Shown: positions 53,549 to 63,436 of the stretch, piece by piece
Numbering within the stretch: position 1 is the first letter of the stretch
How the letters are laid out: every line of letters starts with the position of its first letter
Origin: an uncultured Gammaproteobacteria bacterium
GTDB taxonomy: Bacteria > Pseudomonadota > Gammaproteobacteria > UBA9214
DNA length: 64,000 nucleotides
NCBI GenBank assembly: GCA_963748215.1
Contig: CAVVHS010000001.1
Coordinates: 12,539-76,538, forward strand
Direction of reading: 5' to 3'
The notes under the pieces: model-generated
What the model was told of the DNA's origin: nothing
Seen by the model: the letters and a program-made list of their open reading frames with translations, nothing else
Databases searched by the model: none
Translations under genes and position numbers: made by a program

Positions 53549-53980
53549 CTAGCTGACGGTGATTTTGCGTGGCTGCGGCTTTTCCTGTTTCGGTATCCCG
53601 ATCTGCAGGACGCCGTCCTTCATCGTTGCGCTGATGCTGTCGGCGTTGACGGTGTCCGGCAGGGTGAAGCGGCGCAGGAAGCTGCCGCGTAAACGCTCGC
53701 GGCGTCGGTAGCCATCGGCCTGTGTCTCGCTCTCCGCGCGGCGCTCACCCTTGATGGTCAGCACGCCTTCCTCGAGCGAAATGTCGATGTCGCTGCGTTC
53801 AACGCCCGGCAGATCGGCGAACAGCACATAGCGGCTGTCTTCCTCGAGAATATCCACGGCCGGCATCCAGTCGCGCGCCGGTACGGTCTCGTCCTGTGCC
53901 TGGGTGCCGGTGAGGAACCGGTTGATTTCATTGTTGAACCTGTCAAAGAGATTGATCGGTTCGTAACGTACCATAGCCAT
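53549..53980 (-). CDS. Hsp20/alpha-crystallin small heat-shock protein
   Basis: PAVDI, DLPGV, ERLRGSFLRRFTLP, DGVLQI. Confidence 0.95.
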   Translation of the reverse strand: MAMVRYEPINLFDRFNNEINRFLTGTQAQDETVPARDWMPAVDILEEDSRYVLFADLPGVERSDIDISLEEGVLTIKGERRAESETQADGYRRRERLRGSFLRRFTLPDTVNADSISATMKDGVLQIGIPKQEKPQPRKITVS

Positions 53981-54025
53981 GATAATGCCTCCTGAAAAGG
54001 GTTTGTCGCGATTGACTTGCTACCT

Positions 54026-54053
54026 AGATAGGGGCGTGCGGGGGGAATTCAAG
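54026..54053 (-). promoter_or_regulatory. Sigma-32 promoter of hsp20
   Basis: Minus strand CTTGAA-13-CCCCTATCT. Confidence 0.7.
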
Positions 54054-54088
54054 GGGTGCCTCGCCGCTGGCGGCCACGGCAGGGGGAT

Positions 54089-55876
54089 TCAGAAGCCCAG
54101 CGCGCGTGCGCCCTGGTAGAAGACAAAGCTGACCGCCCAGGCCAGTGACAGCGACCAGGCCAGGCTGATGCCCGTAAACTTCCAGCTGCGCGATTCGGTC
54201 AGCTGTGTCGCAAGGGTCGACAGGCAAGGGGTATACAGCAGGATGAACAACATGAAGCTGACGGCCTGAATGGTGTCCATCTGCGTGGCCAGGTAGCCGT
54301 TCAGGGCGTTTCCTTCCAGCCCGGTCATGGCAACCATGGCACCGATCACGATCTCCTTGGCCACGAAGCCGAACAGCAGCACGACCGACATGGCGGCGCT
54401 GATACCGATCGGGTCGAGGACCGGCTTCAGCCATTCGCCGAGCATGCTGGCCCAGGTTCCGGCACCGCCGGGGGTGCTGCCTTCCGGATAGTGGGTCAGT
54501 AGCCATACCATTACCACACCGCTGACGATGAAGGTGCTGGCGCGCCGCAGGAAATGATAGATCTCGTGCCAGCCGCGCAGCAGGACCTGCTTCAGCTGCG
54601 GGGCGCGGTAGGGCGGCAGTTCGAGTACAAACGGTTCATCGCTTTTCAGGCGGCTGCCAAAAACCGCGGCAGTCAGGAATGCCGCAGCGAAACTGGCAAG
54701 GTACATGAAAAACAGCACCACGGGCGCTTGCCTCGGCGAAAACAGGGCCGTGGTGATGAACACGAAAACCTGCAGCCGCGCCGAGCACAGCGAGAACGGG
54801 ACCACCAGCATGGTCAGCCAGCGCAGGCCACGGCTGCGCATGACCCGGGTCCCCATCAGTGCCGGCACGTTGCATCCGAAGCCCATCAGGATCATGACGA
54901 AACCGCGGCCGTCCAGCCCCATGCGTGCCATCAGCGAGTCGGTAAGAAATGCCGCGCGCGCCAGGTAGCCGCTGTCCTCGACGATGGCCATCATGAAGAA
55001 GAACAGGATGATGATTGGCACGAAGGAGGCGACGGTGCCGATACCATCGTACAAGCCGTTGATAAGGAAGCCGTAGAGCCCGGCGGGCAGGATACTTGCC
55101 AGCGGCAGCAGTGCCAGATTTTTGAACGATTCCAGCACGAATGCCACGACATCCTGCAAGGGGCCGCCCAGTGTGTAGACGGCCTGGAATACCAGGAACA
55201 TCGCCGCGAAAAACAGCGGCAGGCCAAGCCAGGGGTGCAGCAGCACACGGTCGATGCGCTCGGTGATCTTGCGCACCAGCTTGCTGGGTGCCGAAACACA
55301 GCGGCTGATCAGCGCATCCGAATGCTGCACGATTTCGTCGTCGGCATGCAGGCAGTTGCGCATGTCATCCAGCGGTATTGGCCGTGCCTCGCCGAGACAG
55401 CGCGTCAACGTCTCGCGCACCTCGTTCATGCCGGTGCCATGTCGCGCGCTCAGCGGATGGACCGGGCACCGCAGGTCGTTGGCGATTCCCCCGGCATCGA
55501 TACGGATACCCAGCTGGTCGGCTTCGTCGATCATGTTGAGCAGGATGACCGGCTGGATGCCCAGCTTGCAGATTTGCAAGGCCAGTGGCAGCTGGTGGTC
55601 GAGTTGCGTGGCGTTCAACACAACGCCGATCAAGTCGACCGGGTTGTTCTCCAGGAAGTTGCGGACGATCTGCTCGTCTTCGGAAAAGCCGTGCAGGTCA
55701 TAGATGCCGGGCAGGTCGATGACCTCGATGGCCTCGCCACCCAGCACGATGCGTGCGCTCAGGAGGTCGATGGTGACGCCGGGCCAGTTGCCGACCCGTG
55801 AGGAGGATCCGGTAAGACGATTGAAGAATGTCGATTTACCCGTGTTGGGCATGCCGACAATGGCAAGCCGTTTCAC
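54089..55876 (-). CDS. feoB: Ferrous iron transporter B
   Basis: GMPNTGKST, GNWPGVT, DLPG, GFGCNVPA, LYTPC; GTG start overlaps feoA stop. Confidence 0.95.
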   Translation of the reverse strand: MKRLAIVGMPNTGKSTFFNRLTGSSSRVGNWPGVTIDLLSARIVLGGEAIEVIDLPGIYDLHGFSEDEQIVRNFLENNPVDLIGVVLNATQLDHQLPLALQICKLGIQPVILLNMIDEADQLGIRIDAGGIANDLRCPVHPLSARHGTGMNEVRETLTRCLGEARPIPLDDMRNCLHADDEIVQHSDALISRCVSAPSKLVRKITERIDRVLLHPWLGLPLFFAAMFLVFQAVYTLGGPLQDVVAFVLESFKNLALLPLASILPAGLYGFLINGLYDGIGTVASFVPIIILFFFMMAIVEDSGYLARAAFLTDSLMARMGLDGRGFVMILMGFGCNVPALMGTRVMRSRGLRWLTMLVVPFSLCSARLQVFVFITTALFSPRQAPVVLFFMYLASFAAAFLTAAVFGSRLKSDEPFVLELPPYRAPQLKQVLLRGWHEIYHFLRRASTFIVSGVVMVWLLTHYPEGSTPGGAGTWASMLGEWLKPVLDPIGISAAMSVVLLFGFVAKEIVIGAMVAMTGLEGNALNGYLATQMDTIQAVSFMLFILLYTPCLSTLATQLTESRSWKFTGISLAWSLSLAWAVSFVFYQGARALGF

Positions 55877-56115
55877 CGCTCGGCAGCGATAGTGACGCGC
55901 GCCGCGTCGCAACGACGCATGATGAGGTGGACGCTGCCGACGCGAATCTGCATCGGGCCCAGGCGCGGATTACGGATCACCTCGGCCTCGCGACCGGTAC
56001 GCAGACCCATCGACTGCAGGCGCTGACGCATGCCATCCGGCGCATGGATACCCGTAATAAAGGCCCGTTCGCCGATGCCAAGGTTCGATAAATTAATGAT
56101 GTTAATCAGTGGCAT
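55873..56115 (-). CDS. feoA: Ferrous iron transport protein A
   Basis: RQRLQSMGLRTG, GPMQIRVG. Confidence 0.9.
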   Translation of the reverse strand: MPLINIINLSNLGIGERAFITGIHAPDGMRQRLQSMGLRTGREAEVIRNPRLGPMQIRVGSVHLIMRRCDAARVTIAAER

Positions 56116-56143
56116 AGTATGGCTTGGTCGGAGTAATAAAAGT

Positions 56144-56162
56144 GAGAATTGTTCTCATTATC
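56144..56162 (-). promoter_or_regulatory. Fur box upstream of feoA
   Basis: GATAATGAGAACAATTCTC, 15/19 to GATAATGATAATCATTATC. Confidence 0.75.
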
Positions 56163-56218
56163 ACTCCGATTCCCTCATTGGTCAAGGACGATGGTGCGCC
56201 TCGACGGGGCCGGATGAT

Positions 56219-56232
56219 TTGACGTAGATCAG
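56219..56232. promoter_or_regulatory. FNR-like box between feoA and the usp gene
   Basis: TTGAC-GTAG-ATCAG vs TTGAT-N4-ATCAA. Confidence 0.5.
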
Positions 56233-56541
56233 GAAATGATAATTTTCTGAAATAATTGTAATGCCCCGCAACCCTGCAGCGGCGGGCGCGTACCGTCGAG
56301 CGGCTTGCCGCTGGCCCGCGGACCGGTGGAGGGACGTGAAGTGCCGGGGTGTGCGAGCGCTTGCGCAGGATGTTCTTCGATGAGTGCGGCAACTATCATG
56401 GTCCCGCGATGGCAGCCGGTGGCGCGGAGGAGTCCTGAGGCTCGCGCTAGGTTACTGCTTTCAAGCGCTGGTCCGGGTGTGCGTAGAATGCATGGGCCGG
56501 CCATGCCAATTACAACTGCGCTCACCGGGGGAGATGAAAAT

Positions 56542-57522
56542 ATGGAACGATTCAAGAATATTCTCTGCGTGGTAGAGCCCGGAGAAACCAGCAAGCACGC
56601 CCTGGAACGCGCCGTTACCCTGGCAGAAAACAACCAGGCCAGCCTGACCGTCGTCGACGTGATACCGCATATCGTGGCCGGTATCGGAATGCCGGATGGC
56701 GGTCCCATCTCCGTGGATCTGCAAGCGGCGCTGGCAAGTGAGCGCATGGGCGTAATGGAATCCCAGCTCGCTCCCTATCGCAAGCGAATCGACATGCGCG
56801 TCGAAGTACTGCAGGGTACGCCATTCCTGGAGATCATCCGCGAGGTATTGCGCAACGGGCATGACCTGGTGGTCAAGGTCCCCGAAGACATGGATTGGCT
56901 CGATCGCCTGTTCAGCAGTGATGATATGCACCTGTTGCGCAAGTGTCCGTGCCCGGTCTGGTTGATCAAGCACAGGGCATCGAAGCCCTACAAGCGCATA
57001 CTGGCGGCAATCGACGTGGACGATTCCTACCCCGCGCATCAAATGAAAGCTCGGCAGGCACTGAACCGGCAAATTCTCGAAATGGCCGTCTCACTGGCGC
57101 TGTCCGAGTTTGCCGAATTGCATATCGTGCATGCCTGGGAGGCGATCGGCGAGGGCGCTATGCGCGGGACATTCATGAATGCCATGGAGGCCAATATCCT
57201 GGCCTATGTTGAACAGGTGAGGCGACATCACGAGGCCTGCATGGAGGCGCTGGTGCGGGATGTAACCGTCAGCCTGAAGGAGGGGGCAATGGACTACCTC
57301 AAACCGCAAACACACCTGTTAAAGGGCGCGGCGCGCAAGGAGATTCCGGCGCTGGCCCGGCGGATCGGGGTCGATCTGGTTGTCATGGGTACCGTGGCGC
57401 GCACCGGTGTGCCCGGCCTGATCATGGGCAACACGGCGGAGACCATCCTGAACCAGCTGGATTGTTCCGTCCTCGCGATCAAGCCGCCCGGTTTCGAAAC
57501 CCCCGTCAGGCTAGATACCTGA
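56542..57522 (+). CDS. Tandem universal stress protein (UspE-like)
   Basis: FKNILCVV, LLRKCPCPVW, MGTVARTGVPGLIMGNTAETIL. Confidence 0.93.
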   Translation: MERFKNILCVVEPGETSKHALERAVTLAENNQASLTVVDVIPHIVAGIGMPDGGPISVDLQAALASERMGVMESQLAPYRKRIDMRVEVLQGTPFLEIIREVLRNGHDLVVKVPEDMDWLDRLFSSDDMHLLRKCPCPVWLIKHRASKPYKRILAAIDVDDSYPAHQMKARQALNRQILEMAVSLALSEFAELHIVHAWEAIGEGAMRGTFMNAMEANILAYVEQVRRHHEACMEALVRDVTVSLKEGAMDYLKPQTHLLKGAARKEIPALARRIGVDLVVMGTVARTGVPGLIMGNTAETILNQLDCSVLAIKPPGFETPVRLDT

Positions 57523-57678
57523 TAGCGCCAGCGGCTAGCCGGCACAGGATTGATGTGGATGATCAAACTGATGCCTGGTCATTGAGCCGGCAAATTCTGA
57601 GTATATCTACATGGGCGGGTACGTATCTGCGCCAGCCAGCTCACGTGATGTAATCATGAAGACAATGTCGGAGTAACC

Positions 57679-58140
57679 ATGACGGAGAAACTCGGGAGTG
57701 TTCTTGTAGAAGCCATCAATGACGAATACAAGGCGCGTGCGATGTACCATCTTGTAATAAGCAAGTTCGGCGAGATACGGCCATTCATGAATATTGTCGA
57801 GGCCGAAGGCCGGCATATACAGGCGTTACTGCCATTGTTTGATAAATACGGCATACCGGTCCCTGAAGATGACTGGGTGTTGCGTGTTGAAGCTCCCGCC
57901 TCCGTGCTGGAAGCCTGCCAGGCGGGTGTTCAGGCAGAAATAGATAATGCAGATATGTATGAAAGGTTGCTCGAATCAACAAAACAGTATCCGGATGTTC
58001 AATTGGTCCTCAGACAATTGCAAAAAGCATCAAGAGAAAACCATTTGCCAGCCTTTCAGCGCTGCGTAGAAAGAGGTGGATCTCCTGGTGGAGGTCGAGG
58101 ATTGGGGCAGCAGCATCGACGAGGCCACAGATTCAGATGA
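57679..58140 (+). CDS. Ferritin-like DUF2202-type protein
   Basis: AINDEYKARAMY, PFMNIVEAEGRH, AEIDNADMY, ASRENHLPAF. Confidence 0.82.
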   Translation: MTEKLGSVLVEAINDEYKARAMYHLVISKFGEIRPFMNIVEAEGRHIQALLPLFDKYGIPVPEDDWVLRVEAPASVLEACQAGVQAEIDNADMYERLLESTKQYPDVQLVLRQLQKASRENHLPAFQRCVERGGSPGGGRGLGQQHRRGHRFR

Positions 58141-58338
58141 GGATTGTTCAGGCGTACTGAAACCATAAGCAGGAATGATGAGACTGTAAATTATTCACCT
58201 GCGACCGGAACCAGATGTTTTTCGACGCGGACTGTTGTCGCTTCCGGTGAAAGACACGCGTCGGGATTATCCTCACCGCTTCTGGAAGCCAATCCGAATA
58301 TTTTGAAAAGATGCGTACGGCGTCAATCTCTGCCAGGA

Positions 58339-59079
58339 TCATTTCGAGGAGGCTAAAGCGGGTTTCTCGAATACCATGAAATGCTGTGTCGGCAGGAATT
58401 GCCGTGTTTCAACCCAGACCAGGCCGACGGCCTGCATCTCCCTGGTGGCCTGTTGCCGGGTCATCTTGTGCAAGGGACTGATGGGTATCCGCGGGTCCTC
58501 GCCCCGATACTCAATGAGAAACACACGGCCGTCCGGACGCAGGGATTGTACGATGCCACGCATCATCTCGTAGGGATAGTCAAACTCGTGGTAGGCATCG
58601 ACCAGCAATACCGCATCTATGGCGTTTTCCGGCAACATCGGGTCATCGGGTTCACCCAGTACCGGCAGGACATTTGACACCGAGCGGCGCTGCATGCGCT
58701 TGCGGATGATGTCCAGCATCTCGGGTTGTATATCCACCGCGTAGACCCGGCCGGCCGGGACGAGTGCCGCTAACCGGAAGGTAAAATAACCGCTGCCTGC
58801 ACCAATGTCGGCGACCACTGCATCAGCTGAGAGGTGCATCGCACGCACTGCCTGGTCGGGGGTCTCTTCGTTGATCCTGGATTTTCTCTCCAGCCAATCC
58901 GCACCCTGGTGCCCCATGACCTGCGCGATCTCGCGCCCGAAATAGTACTTGCCGGTACCGCCGCGCGTCGCTGTGGCGTAGGTGTAATCAACGTCTGCCG
59001 GAACCAGCGCCTCGGCAAGGCCCGTGTTCGCGATCAGCACCGGGAGCGCAAGGAGAATGACTTTTAGAAGATCCTGCAT
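58339..59079 (-). CDS. Class I SAM-dependent methyltransferase with signal-like N-terminus
   Basis: GREIAQVMGHQGADWL, ADIGAGSGYF, VDAYHEF. Confidence 0.9.
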   Translation of the reverse strand: MQDLLKVILLALPVLIANTGLAEALVPADVDYTYATATRGGTGKYYFGREIAQVMGHQGADWLERKSRINEETPDQAVRAMHLSADAVVADIGAGSGYFTFRLAALVPAGRVYAVDIQPEMLDIIRKRMQRRSVSNVLPVLGEPDDPMLPENAIDAVLLVDAYHEFDYPYEMMRGIVQSLRPDGRVFLIEYRGEDPRIPISPLHKMTRQQATREMQAVGLVWVETRQFLPTQHFMVFEKPALASSK

Positions 59080-59167
59080 CGACTAATCATCCACTCATAT
59101 ATGTCGCATGACCTTGCCATGGCCATTGGTACCGGGACTGTCCTGCCTGACCTGGAGACCGGCCGGT

Positions 59168-59596
59168 TTACGGGGCAAGCTGGTCGCGAAGTGTTTCGAC
59201 GCGTCTTGCATTGGTGTTCATGTCGCTTATACCGAGCCGGGAAGAAGACCGCACCTGAATCAGCTGCTTGTCGGGAACAAACAGCAGTTGCACATCATCC
59301 CGGAATCCCGCCATTGGCGTTTTGACAACCGCCTGTATGAAATTACCGTCATCGACAGTAATCTCCCAGTCTTCCTGCCGGGCAATCCACGTCTTTAGTT
59401 TCTGCCATCCTTGCGCATTTGCCCTGAGCGGTTTGATGGCCTGTGCGCCACGACCGGACTCGCTGTTAACGCAATTTGGCAGCCAGCCGCATTCCGGCAA
59501 GGCTTCCAGGGTTGCCGGCTTGCCGGGAGGACTGGTGCAGCCAGTCAGTAACAGGGCTGCAGCCAGGGTGAAGCGTGCGTGATATTTCAATTGCAT
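59168..59596 (-). CDS. DUF1499 family lipoprotein
   Basis: LTGC lipobox, CGWLPNCVNS, GFRDDV, RSSSRLGISDMNTNARRV. Confidence 0.85.
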   Translation of the reverse strand: MQLKYHARFTLAAALLLTGCTSPPGKPATLEALPECGWLPNCVNSESGRGAQAIKPLRANAQGWQKLKTWIARQEDWEITVDDGNFIQAVVKTPMAGFRDDVQLLFVPDKQLIQVRSSSRLGISDMNTNARRVETLRDQLAP

Positions 59597-59660
59597 TTTA
59601 ATGCGTGGATGACGGTGGTCATTTGCCACCCAGACAGCTTACCCGGCAAGCGGATGAGTA

Positions 59661-60551
59661 TCAAACGGGTGCGCCGGCACAGGCAGGCACAGTCTGCGGG
59701 TCTGCCGGAAGTTGCCGGTCTGGCAGGAAAGCTGCCAGATCAGCGCGCAAGTCGCCAAGCCGGTTCTCGAGCCTTGCGCGCTGGCTGCGGGAGAGCGTTG
59801 TGGCGAGTTCGTCCATGAGTTGCACGAATTCATCCCTGGCAACGCGCCAGAGCCGACTGGTTTCCGCCGATGTCCCTTCCCGCCGTACCCACCATTCGTC
59901 GAGGTATTCCCGCAAGTCTTTTGCGGTTGCACCTGTCTCGAGCATGGCCAGCAAGGTGTCCGTTTGTTCTGCGCGATACGCCAGCCACGACGCACTCAGG
60001 TCAGGGATGCGTTCGAGTGCATCCCGGATCTGCTTTCTCTGGCCGTCATTCAGTTTTCCGGTCCAGTGCTCGACCCGGTCAAGGAAACGTTCCCGGCGAG
60101 ACGCCTTCCTCTTTTCGGGATCCGGATCGAGGTAACGCTTAATGGCATCCTGTTGACGCTGCGTCGTGTACCCGGCGAGGTGTCTGATCTGGGTGGCATC
60201 AAGGTCAACAAGCAGGGGGACGCTGAGGTCGACTGCAAGGCGTGCATGACGCCGGGAGAGGAGCAGGGCGCCGTCGACCAGACAAGCAGCGCCCGGCGTA
60301 CCGTCCGCATCCCTGAAAATGCGCCTGGCCATGTCCAGCCAGGCGATAACAAGTGGCAGTTCCTCGTCCCGCTGTCGCTGCAGTGTGGCTTGCAGTAGCG
60401 GCTGCCAGTAATCACGCTGAGCCTCGTTGATACTGACGGTCTGCCAGGCGTAGTAGTCGAGTAGCCAGTCCGCATTGCGATAGGCAAACTCCACCCGGCT
60501 ACAGGCCGTGGCCATTACGGCCAGCATAGCAATGACGGCAAGACGCGGCAT
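59661..60551 (-). CDS. DUF6279-like lipoprotein
   Basis: ATAC lipobox, FAYRNADWLL, W.GKL...Q; start taken at MPRL. Confidence 0.75.
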   Translation of the reverse strand: MPRLAVIAMLAVMATACSRVEFAYRNADWLLDYYAWQTVSINEAQRDYWQPLLQATLQRQRDEELPLVIAWLDMARRIFRDADGTPGAACLVDGALLLSRRHARLAVDLSVPLLVDLDATQIRHLAGYTTQRQQDAIKRYLDPDPEKRKASRRERFLDRVEHWTGKLNDGQRKQIRDALERIPDLSASWLAYRAEQTDTLLAMLETGATAKDLREYLDEWWVRREGTSAETSRLWRVARDEFVQLMDELATTLSRSQRARLENRLGDLRADLAAFLPDRQLPADPQTVPACAGAPV

Positions 60552-60561
60552 GGGTCTGTGA

Positions 60562-60617
60562 AGGGTGTCGGGGCACATTTGCTACCTATATTACGAAGAA
60601 ATGTGCCCCGATACCCT
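60562..60617. repeat. Inverted repeat GGGGCACATTT/AAATGTGCCCC
   Basis: AGGGTGTCGGGGCACATTT ... AAATGTGCCCCGATACCCT. Confidence 0.75.
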
Positions 60618-60635
60618 GTCTCTCGATATTTTTGA

Positions 60636-60714
60636 AGGCGGCGGGAGGCCGCTCCCGGCCATCCCTGGCCTCCGCGGCACTCGTACATCCCTGTACATCG
60701 TCGAACTTAACGCG
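60636..60714 (-). repeat. Duplicated tmRNA 3' end interrupted by a 54-bp GGA-hairpin element
   Basis: AGGCGGCGGGA [60647-60700] TCGAAC vs ssrA AGGCGGCGGGAATCGAAC. Confidence 0.72.
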
Positions 60715-60739
60715 ATTCTCATCCTCACCCGACTCCCAT

Positions 60740-60786
60740 AAAACAAAACGGGGCGTACCTTTTCAGGCACACCCCGTTCTATTTTA
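60740..60786 (-). terminator. Terminator after ssrA
   Basis: AACGGGG...CCCCGTT stem with A/T tracts on both sides. Confidence 0.75.
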
Positions 60787-61176
60787 TGGTGGAGGCGGCG
60801 GGAATCGAACCCGCGTCCGCAAGTCCTCTGCCATCGGCTCTACATGCTTATCCCGGTCTATTGATTTAACTGGCTGCTACCCGACGGGCAGGGAAAACAA
60901 CCAGCGATTCCGTAGAGTTTTAGCGAATCAGCCCCGGACGTGCCTCATCGCGATCTTGTGAGAATCGACGCCTGAGTGTCCCGAATACCCAAAGGGCATA
61001 TAGGACCCGGACGCACAAGCACGGCTCCGGTCAGACGGCACCCTACTGGGGTTTAAGCAGCGAGTGCGTAGTTGTCGTCGTTGGCAACTAAGTTTTTGCA
61101 GATGGATTAACGAGGTCCTCTGCACCTCGGCATGCACCTCAGGTTTCGCAACCCACGTCGAAGCCAGGTCGCCCCC
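60787..61176 (-). ncRNA. ssrA: tmRNA; tag peptide ANDDNYALAA (61085-61053)
   Basis: 5' GGGGGCGACCTGGCTTCGAC; 3' GGTTCGATTCCCGCCGCCTCCACCA; tag frame gccaacgacgacaactacgcactcgctgcttaa. Confidence 0.97.
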
Positions 61177-61231
61177 TAAAGCTGATAGTAAAGCTGTCAG
61201 TAGGATAGCACAACGGCGGAAAAGTTCCGCA

Positions 61232-61259
61232 CTTGAAAATTTCCCGCCTGTCCCAATCT
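61232..61259 (+). promoter_or_regulatory. Sigma-32 promoter of htpX
   Basis: CTTGAAA-13-CCCAATCT. Confidence 0.65.
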
Positions 61260-61327
61260 TCTCATGTGCCAGGTGAAGTATGCCTATACTAGCCGCCTGA
61301 AAGCCTGTAGACCTGAGGGTGACTGAC

Positions 61328-62212
61328 ATGATGCGAATTTTCCTGTTTCTGGCGACCAATGCGGCCATCCTGGTGGTGGTCAGCGTGGTATTCAGGGTGC
61401 TTGGCCTGGATGGTGTGCTGGCGCAAAACGGGGTGGACCTGAACCTGCAGGCGCTGCTGGTTATGTCCGCCGTGATCGGCTTTACCGGTTCCTTCATTTC
61501 GCTGGCCATGTCCAAGTTCCTGGCCAAGCGTTCCATGGGCGTGCAGGTGATCGAGCAGCCCTCCAACAAGACCGAGCAGTGGCTGGTGGACACCGTCCGG
61601 CGCCAGGCCCAGCAGGCGCGCATTGGCATGCCGGAGGTGGGCATTTTCAATGCCGCCGAGCCGAATGCCTTTGCTACCGGTATGAACAAGAACAAGGCGC
61701 TGGTCGCGGTCAGTAGCGGCCTGTTGCAGAATATGAGCGCCGACGAGGTCGAGGCGGTGCTCGGGCACGAGATCACCCACGTCAGCAACGGCGACATGGT
61801 CACCATGGGCCTGATTCAGGGCGTGGTGAATACCTTCGTGATTTTCCTGTCGCGCGTTGTCGGTCATGTGGTCGACCGCGTGGTGTTCAAGACCGAGCGC
61901 GGGTACGGACCGGCCTATTTCGTTACCTCTATTGTTGCGCAGATATTTCTTTCCATACTCGCCTCGATGATCGTCATGTGGTTCTCGCGCCGCCGCGAGT
62001 TCCGCGCCGACGCCGGTGGCGCCACGCTGGCCGGTCGGCAGAAGATGATCGGTGCGTTGCAGGCCCTGCAGCGTGCGCAGCAGCCGCACGACCTGCCGGG
62101 CGAGTTTGCCGCCTTCGGCATTGCCGGCGGCGTGGGCGCGGGCATCAAGAAGCTGTTCCTGAGCCATCCGCCGCTGGAAGAACGTATTGCGGCACTCAGG
62201 GAAGGTATGTAG
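61328..62212 (+). CDS. htpX: Zinc metalloprotease HtpX
   Basis: [40 protein letters not shown]. Confidence 0.96.
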   Translation: MMRIFLFLATNAAILVVVSVVFRVLGLDGVLAQNGVDLNLQALLVMSAVIGFTGSFISLAMSKFLAKRSMGVQVIEQPSNKTEQWLVDTVRRQAQQARIGMPEVGIFNAAEPNAFATGMNKNKALVAVSSGLLQNMSADEVEAVLGHEITHVSNGDMVTMGLIQGVVNTFVIFLSRVVGHVVDRVVFKTERGYGPAYFVTSIVAQIFLSILASMIVMWFSRRREFRADAGGATLAGRQKMIGALQALQRAQQPHDLPGEFAAFGIAGGVGAGIKKLFLSHPPLEERIAALREGM

Positions 62213-62361
62213 GAGCGGGCCTCGTCCGCGATTTGTTTAACGAGGAAAACCCGCGATGTACAAGGAGGCGGTGAGGCCATTTTTACGGGCATAGCCCGGG
62301 TCGAGAAGCTGGCCTGGGACATGTACGAGTGCCGCGAGCACAGGGAAGTGCAGGAACGGCC
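62208..62361 (+). repeat. ~155-bp composite dispersed element, copy 2; its GTAG supplies the htpX stop codon
   Basis: Colinear with 6278-6432; tail TGTACGAGTGCCGCG shared with 60647-60700 (-). Confidence 0.88.
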
Positions 62362-62374
62362 ATGAGATGTGCTC

Positions 62375-62578
62375 CTATGATTTGTTGACCCGCAGTACCG
62401 GCTCGTCCGGAAACAGTGCCCGCAGGTCGTCGTGTGACAGCGCCTCTCCCTTTTCCTCGAAACGCTGCCAGATGCGCTCCCAGCGGTCATCATCGAAATA
62501 GAAACCGGCCGGCAGGATGCAAACCGGTTCGCGCCGATGGTCGGTTATTACCCTTGGTTCTGTGAGTTTTCCGGCCAT
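62375..62578 (-). CDS. Small hypothetical protein (67 aa)
   Basis: MAGKLTEPRV...FYFDDDRWERIW... with host-like codon use; convergent with htpX. Confidence 0.6.
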   Translation of the reverse strand: MAGKLTEPRVITDHRREPVCILPAGFYFDDDRWERIWQRFEEKGEALSHDDLRALFPDEPVLRVNKS

Positions 62579-62738
62579 GTTGTGCCATTTCCGTCCCGGG
62601 CGGGGCACCCGGCGGTTTGCCTGATGTAAATCTGGCGATAAAATAGCGTGTAGAGCGTTTTTGCGGTAGCTTGATATTATCAGGTTTACAGCCGTGCCTG
62701 CGTCTTGCCAGACAACAATGATAACAACAGGCCTTGCC

Positions 62739-63401
62739 ATGCAAAGACAGAAACAGCAATTTCTGGGTATGTTTGTCCTGTTCGGGATGCTGCTGTTGGC
62801 TGGCAGCCCGATTGTCCAGGCCGAGCCCGGTCCGGACGTCCTGCTGCGGGAGGTGACGGACGAAGTGCTGGCGGAGATCCGCAAGGACCCGGAGCAGCTC
62901 AAGGATGTCGCACGGGTACGTGCGCTGACCGAGCGTTTCATACTTCCACATATCGATTTTCAGGTTACCGCGCAATGGGTGCTTGGCAAGTACTGGCGCA
63001 CGGCCAGCGGGCAGCAGCGGATGCGCTTTGTCGTGGAGTTCCGCCAGCTGCTGCTGAATACCTACGTGCGTTCGATCAGCAACTACCGCGAGAACAGGAT
63101 CAGCATCGCGCCGGCGCGTGGTTCACCTGCGTCGGGCCGCATGGAGGTCGATGCCGAGATCGAGCAGGCGGGCGGTCCGCCGGTACATCTCGGTTTTCGC
63201 CTGCACAGGCCGGAGTCGGACTGGCTGGTCTATGACATTTCCGTGGAAGGTATCAGCCTGGTTGCGACCCATCGCTCAAGTTTCGCGAAGGAAATTCACG
63301 ATAAGGGGCTGGACAGCCTGATCGATCGCCTGACGAGCATGAATGCGAACACGGCAAATGACAGGACAGGCAGCGCAGCAGCAGCCGCATCCGCACCCTG
63401 A
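62739..63401 (+). CDS. MlaC/Ttg2D phospholipid-binding protein
   Basis: ILPHIDF...VLGKYWR, W.VYDISVEGISLV..RSSF. Confidence 0.9.
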   Translation: MQRQKQQFLGMFVLFGMLLLAGSPIVQAEPGPDVLLREVTDEVLAEIRKDPEQLKDVARVRALTERFILPHIDFQVTAQWVLGKYWRTASGQQRMRFVVEFRQLLLNTYVRSISNYRENRISIAPARGSPASGRMEVDAEIEQAGGPPVHLGFRLHRPESDWLVYDISVEGISLVATHRSSFAKEIHDKGLDSLIDRLTSMNANTANDRTGSAAAAASAP

Positions 63402-63436
63402 GGCGTAGCCGCGCTGCGCACGGCGCAGTTCAATGA

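Noticed and set aside
57550-57567. FNR box upstream of the ferritin-like gene
   Set aside because: TTGAT and ATCAA are 7 bp apart, not 4.
56500-60640. Intact prophage or integrative island at ssrA
   Set aside because: No integrase or phage genes; the only duplicate of the tmRNA 3' end is immediately adjacent.
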